Source: Lepidodermella squamata
Taxonomy: Eukaryota; Animalia; Gastrotricha
NCBI GenBank assembly: GCA_047495785.1
Contig: JBLDXI010000024.1
Location: 2,852,001 to 2,916,000, forward strand
Direction of reading: 5' to 3'
DNA: 64,000 nt
The position numbers and the translations under genes are program-made. Shown in pieces: positions 58,401-64,000 of the stretch; the stretch's first letter is position 1; every line of letters starts with the position of its first letter. Under the pieces are notes generated by a model, which was not told where the DNA came from, ran no database searches, and saw nothing but the letters and a program-made list of their open reading frames with translations.

Positions 58401-60580
58401 GCGAGAATGCCGAAGCCTTGTCGGCAGACGAACTTCAGCACGGCTTCGGTGAGTTTGGTCGAAGACAGCGCGCCCGCGAGTTGCAGATACTCGAAACAGT
58501 TGTCGGGCGATAATGTCCTCGCGATGAACGTACTGCACTTGCCCTCGACATCCTGCATCAACCTAGAAATTGAAAAATTTCGAATATTAATCCAATTTTA
58601 AAATTCCAAAATAAAATTTAAAATTTGGCTCTCGGTGGTCTTTTGGAAAATTCCAGAAATTTTCAAAAATTCAACAAAATTAGTTCCAACTTTTACAAAA
58701 AAAATGGAATTTTTCGGACTTGGGTTGAAGCTTCTTTATTGCTAAATTAAACCAGATCGTGACGAAATTTTTTCTACCTCATGTAATAATAGGTAAATGC
58801 GAACATATCGATTTTTTTAATTCTCAATCGCAATTTTTTTAGATTTTAGAAAAAAAATCTGAATCGACTCAGGTCCCCTTAATTATTACCATGTACAGCG
58901 TGTCCCATGATTAACGCAGGAAGAAAAAAGGTTCGGTGCACTCTAAACTAAGAGACGAAGTCACATCTCATTGCCAGGCAACTTTTAGAAAAATTAAAAA
59001 AAATCATCAGAATAGATAGCAAATATGTCACTTGTAAATAAAATTAAAAACGTACGGATACATTTTTCCAAGCAGGAAAAATACCTAAAACTTTCGAACA
59101 AGTTACCATCGTGGTTTTCCGGTAAATTTTTCATTTCTTTGGTTAAATCGCGGAGGAAAGATGGAATAATCTCTCGGCAGGGTCAATTCAAAAAAAATTA
59201 GTTGATTCGTCCTACAAAAAGTTGCCAGTTCAAAAAATAGTTTCGCAAATTTTGGGACACGCTGCACAATCGTTAAGGAGTAATCTGATTTATTATGCGA
59301 AGTGCATAAAGCGGTAACCGTTGTCGGTACAAAAAAATGGGTACTCAGCAAGTTTTCTGAATTTATCATTTTTCTAAAAAAATTTCTTTCGACCAAAATA
59401 GAGCCTAAATGAATGTTGAATAAATTCCTGGTTAAAAATTCCAACGACGACGAGATTTTTAAAAAATCAGGTAACTGAAAATCGATAATCTCAACGCAGC
59501 TCGCAGGGCTAGAATTGAAGAGAATCTCTCCTCAAGAGCATAAATTAAGCTTCTGTTTTTAAATTCCATAGAATATTCAAGATGTCTCCTAAGACTGATT
59601 GTGAAAAACATAAAATAAAAATCAGCTTTTTGATTAAGGAGATGCAGAAATTGGAAACAAAGATGATCTCTGATTTTCGTTCAAATTTAGGGAATTTTCC
59701 CTAATTTAACCTGATTTTTGGCACTTTTTAACGTGTTCGCTCAACCTTGAATAATTAGCGCGTTATTTTAGATGCTAATTTGCATATAGAACGGCCTTGC
59801 GAGTTATAAAATTTGCACTTAAAAACTGGGTCATGTTGTGAGGGAATAAGAGAAAAATCAAAACAAAATTACCAGCCTCGAGTTTTCAAATTCTTTCACA
59901 GTGTTTAATTTCAACCTCTAACCCTGAGCCCTAATTCAAGACAAGAAATTTCTGGAATTTCGACGGGGACACATAGACATCGTACAGGACAATAAATCTA
60001 GGACAAAATGAGCTAACCCATGCGAATTTCTGACCTTAGACTAGACAAGTCCGAACATAAGGAAAAATAAGACATCATGTCCCAAAATTAAATCAGGTTA
60101 AACCTACAAGTAGCAAGAATCGCGAAGGACATCGCAGACATCGGCCGGGGTAAGTTTCAGCTTCCTCGAGTACATATACTCGAGCACAATTTTAAACGAA
60201 TGCGGCTCGACAACGCCGCCTGTCAGCGTCACCACATCATCGCCCTCCTTCGGCCTTCGATGCCCGTCCTCGTCGACCTGCGAGCCAACCGGCGTGGTAA
60301 AAAGCGCCCGGAAGTACGCACTAGACGCGGCGAGGACAACGCGGTGCGCGCGAATTTCGACCCCATTATCGACAACCACCTTAATATCGGTCATGTGGCC
60401 CTCGCGGTGCAGGTCGTGCAGCGAGGCGAAAAACTCCATCGCGCCATGCGGGATGTGGGACGACGACGAGTTTTGGCTCGATAGGCCGCCGCAGCCTGAC
60501 GACTGCATCGAAGCTTGTGACGACAGCGTCGCCGTGGTCGACGACGAATTAGTCCGGTGTGACCGCGTAGAGGCGTCCAT
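55423..60580 (-). CDS. BTB-BACK-Kelch (KLHL-family) protein
   Basis: BTB (TDIKVVV..IRAHRVVLAASSAYFRALF, 60580-60108), BACK (LSPDNCFEY...TEDHLLDIILSW, 58563-58033), Kelch repeats (WKTMPSLTTVR..VVAGG; WYEMAPMTRKRTHFGAAVLNDALYAVGG). Confidence 0.92.
58896..59264. mobile_element. Tc1/mariner-type MITE, family A copy 2 (inverted, in a KLHL intron)
   Basis: ta|CAGCGTGTCCCA ... TGGGACACGCTG; internal AGAGACGAAGTCACA matches copy 1. Confidence 0.75.
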
Positions 60581-62740
60581 TCTATTACGACATATTCACA
60601 GAAAAAAATGTAAAAATTTGTTGAAAAAAACAATGGTGCTCTGAAGGAGTCGCCAAACAGACGCAGCTAATTTCGCCCTGGTGAAAAATCTGCTAAAAAT
60701 AGAAAACCTTGTTTTGCTTTGTCGTAACGTTAATTATTAAAAACTGAAAAAAAAAAATTTTTGCCGAAAACAAACCGGACAAAGTGGTCGTAGAACAAGG
60801 TTTGCAACGCGCTGGTCATCCGTATCGGCCCCTGTGATAAGAGTAAAATCTCGCCTCGGTGGGAACGAGTTTCAAGAAAAATTAGACAAAGTTTTTTGAA
60901 TAAATTGAAAACGAGGCGATTTTTCCACTCATCGTTTTTACGTGCCATGTGTGTTGTGTCCTCCAAATCGAGGAAAACATGTTACAGCGGGTGAGACGGC
61001 GTAAACAGCAAAACAGAGAGCCATGAGCATCGTCTCATCCGGACGTAAAGACTTTGTAACCGATCGGGTGACCGTCTATAAATTTGGCGATTAGCAACGC
61101 ATAGCTCACCTCGCCGCCTTAAAAATTTGTTAAAAACAGGCGGTTCATCGGTGAACAACGGATTTTCAGGCATATTTTTTCGTAATCTAACAATTCTAAA
61201 ACAACATGTAACACAACATAGTAGATGATGATATGGAATAATAAAATGAAAAGGCTTGATCCTTTATTATATACAGCTTCAGTGTAGTGCGTGCGCTGGG
61301 TTGTTATTGATGAAATTCCTCGTTTCGGACACGATTTACGCTGATAGTGTGCCTGAAAGCGACGTACTCGTGTTTCGGGGTCAGCCATTTAATATTATTA
61401 AGAGAACTAATAATAAAGGCAGCACGCGTTGCACTCACACCGCAGACGTCCCTATTATCGCGTAAGGCCGTTATTACTTGCCGGCGTCATATTGAAGTGT
61501 GCGTGTTTTCGCTGCTCGCAGTCAAGTGAAAAGTGGAATTACGCAACTCTTGCTAAAACGCATAATCAATGCGAGTGCTTATCAAAATCACGCGCCGTTG
61601 CCAAAAAAAATTATGTTTAACCTGGTAAAAGCACACCTGATCTCTAAATTGATAGTTAGATATTTCCAACAATAATGGTTATTTTTTTTTCAAATGTTGA
61701 TCAATTAAAAAAGTGCGTAAGCGACAATTAGTTTCTTTTATAAGACAGTTTTGACGACGTTTAGACATTAGTAGCCTGCGTCATCGTCATGTCATAATCG
61801 CAGACAAAAAAAAACAAAGAAAATAAAGGTAAATAGGGAATTAAGACAATAAAGGTAGGGTAAAACATCTTTCAACAAATTGCTATCATTTAAATAATTT
61901 TGCGTTTGTGGGATTCTTCTACTTATTTAACGTCTGGGACGCCATTGCAATAAGCGCCGCGCAGACTAATAAAATTGTATTGCTTCCTCGCAATAATCAT
62001 GTGAGTTTAAAAAAATGTTTTTTTTCACGAATTAAAAAAAAGCTTCAGTTACTATATTTTTTGCTTCGAAAAAATGTGGGACAGCAAAAAATGAAATATC
62101 GAAGCACATGAATAGAGCTTTTAGAACGGGTAAATTGCAATCGGCTGAACAATCAAAACAAAATCATGAAATCAGAAGGGATATCATCTTGTCAAAAAAT
62201 GAAAAAAATCAGTTTGATTTTTCGAGAAAATGTTTCGAAATTATGGAATATCGATACGATCTGGGTTTAAATGTGACAGTTTTTCCAGGCCAATAAATTG
62301 GGTGTTGTTCAACAATGGGAGCACGCTATAGATATCGCCTCACTGTAGCGTGGGGCAAGTTTGAAAAAACCGTGTTCAATTTTTTCCGCAAGACCCTGTT
62401 TTCATTTTCCCTATACGAAAGATATACCAATATGTGCGCACGAGAATTCGGATTTATTACTATTATTTTCGTAATTGTACTTATTTAGGTATAAGCTATG
62501 AGAGAAGTCGTCAAACTCAAAACTCCAGGGGCAAAGCTCAACAATTTCAGGGAAAAGTTCAACAACCCCCTATGTAGTATTATTTGTTACATGAACTAAT
62601 ATTTGTCCCACTTTTTCTTTGCGCTTTCGCTGGTCCTACCAAAATTGTATCGCATTCAGTTAGGTATTCTTTTTTATTCGAAACAGGCCTAGCGATTTTT
62701 GTTGTTGAAATAAATGTCTTTGACCTTTGAATAAACAAAA

Positions 62741-62977
62741 TAAATTTGGTGCAGCTGGGTAAAATACCGAAAATTACCGAACCAGTTACCATCGTGACTT
62801 TTCGGGTTTCCTCGGCTGCCTGGGTTACACTCCAGTTTTTTTTAAATTTTTTTTCGGAAAAATCGTGGATAAATTATAGAAGATTCTCCCGCTAGTTTCT
62901 AGAAACGAAAAAAGATGAATTTCCTACAAACAAGGTTGTGAAATTAAAGAATGGTTGCGCAAATTATGGGACACGCT
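62741..62977. mobile_element. Tc1/mariner-type MITE, family A partial copy 3
   Basis: GGTAAAATACCGAAAATTACCGAACCAGTTACCATCG is the reverse complement of 2173-2209; ends TGCGCAAATTATGGGACACGCT. Confidence 0.7.
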
Positions 62978-63307
62978 ACCGCTACTATTCTATTAAAATT
63001 TCATCAACACGTAATTTTTTTGCAATTTATGGCCAATAAATCCCAACCAATGTCCGTTTAGCTGGAAAAATTCAATGGTGCTTCGTTTTCACGTGATTTT
63101 CTCCGTTTATTTCCCGAATTATTATACAAAAAATCAGTATTTTTTCTCATAAATTATTCCATATTATTTTTCTATTAAACTTGACAAAAACGGACAAAAA
63201 ACAGCAACAATTTCGGACATGAACTTCTTTCTATATCGCTCTCACTTCGTATTATAACAACTATAGACAATAAATAGCAGCATATTTACACTATGTATCT
63301 TCTATCA

Positions 63308-63626
63308 TCAGCAGCTAATCACAATTTTCGAAATGATCGACACCAACGAGGCAGTTAGAATCGAGAAAGTTTGCACATTTCCGCTGTTAGCCGGCTTCTT
63401 CTGTTCTGTCGCTTCTTTCCGCACGGCTGTGGTTTGCGCCGGCGTGGTTGTTGGCGTGGTTGTTGGCGCTGGTGTTGTCGGTGGTGGGGTGAAGGGCGCA
63501 CATTCCAGCTCGCATTCAGATTTTGTTTCGAACATATTGTCTAGTTCACCGCAATTGCCGTATTTGAACGATTCGCACAGCCCAGAGTCGTAGTTGAATT
63601 GGATTTTTTCAACGTAATCGTCGCAC
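63308..63626 (-). CDS. 3' exon of a Kunitz/BPTI-domain protein with a Thr/Pro stalk and probable GPI signal (5' part not resolved)
   Basis: CDDYVEKIQFNYDSGLCESFKYGNCGELDNMFETKSECELEC, then PPPTTPAPTTTPTTT and a hydrophobic tail; acceptor TTTTTCTAG at 63627-63635. Confidence 0.8.
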
Positions 63627-64000
63627 TAGAAAAATTGAAAAATTTGAAAAAATCAGAGGATATAACAACTAGTAATTCGCATCTAGAATTATTCACGTCC
63701 TACTTTTGTGACCCCTAATCGATGATGGTTAAACCTTAAAAAAAACGTTCTCCATCAAGTAAACAAGCGAAACGGGCAAGAGTCACAAACACGCGTCACA
63801 AATAGTCGGTAATTAATCAAGAAACATCAGAGCGGTTAATAAACTCGAAAAGAGACAAGAAAAAAATTCACAATTGGATAATTACGCCGTTCATCGAGGG
63901 AAGAATAATAATAAAAGTGAGGATGAAATAGTAAATCGTCCTAACTTCAAAAAATTCGATCCCAGCTGACTTAGAAGGTATGGTAAGGAGCGAGTTTTAT

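Overview
Compact, AT-rich, intron-containing animal (invertebrate) genomic DNA; this is not prokaryotic, and most short ORF-track entries are exon fragments or noise. All gene models below were spliced by hand. In order: a MULE-like element and MITEs (0.5-2.4 kb); a secreted 22-Cys Dickkopf/colipase-like protein; three tandem GPI-anchored Ly6/three-finger genes; an NHL-repeat gene (-); four tandem, motif-aberrant class-A GPCR genes (10.9-19.5 kb); a five-member family of unrecognised ~100-aa secreted, probably helical, 2-Cys proteins scattered through a transposon-rich stretch (21-35 kb, with a BEL/Pao-like LTR element nested in a hAT MITE, a Crypton-like tyrosine-recombinase relic and a 131-nt foldback); a CD225/IFITM-like gene; a NEK-like pseudokinase probably fused to ankyrin repeats; an intronless TPR-SET gene; two PAN/apple secreted paralogues; a Sushi + catalytically dead trypsin-like gene; a BTB-BACK-Kelch gene; and the 3' end of a Kunitz gene. 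The best candidate for an undescribed system is the secreted 2-Cys family, possibly together with the adjacent orphan GPCR array.
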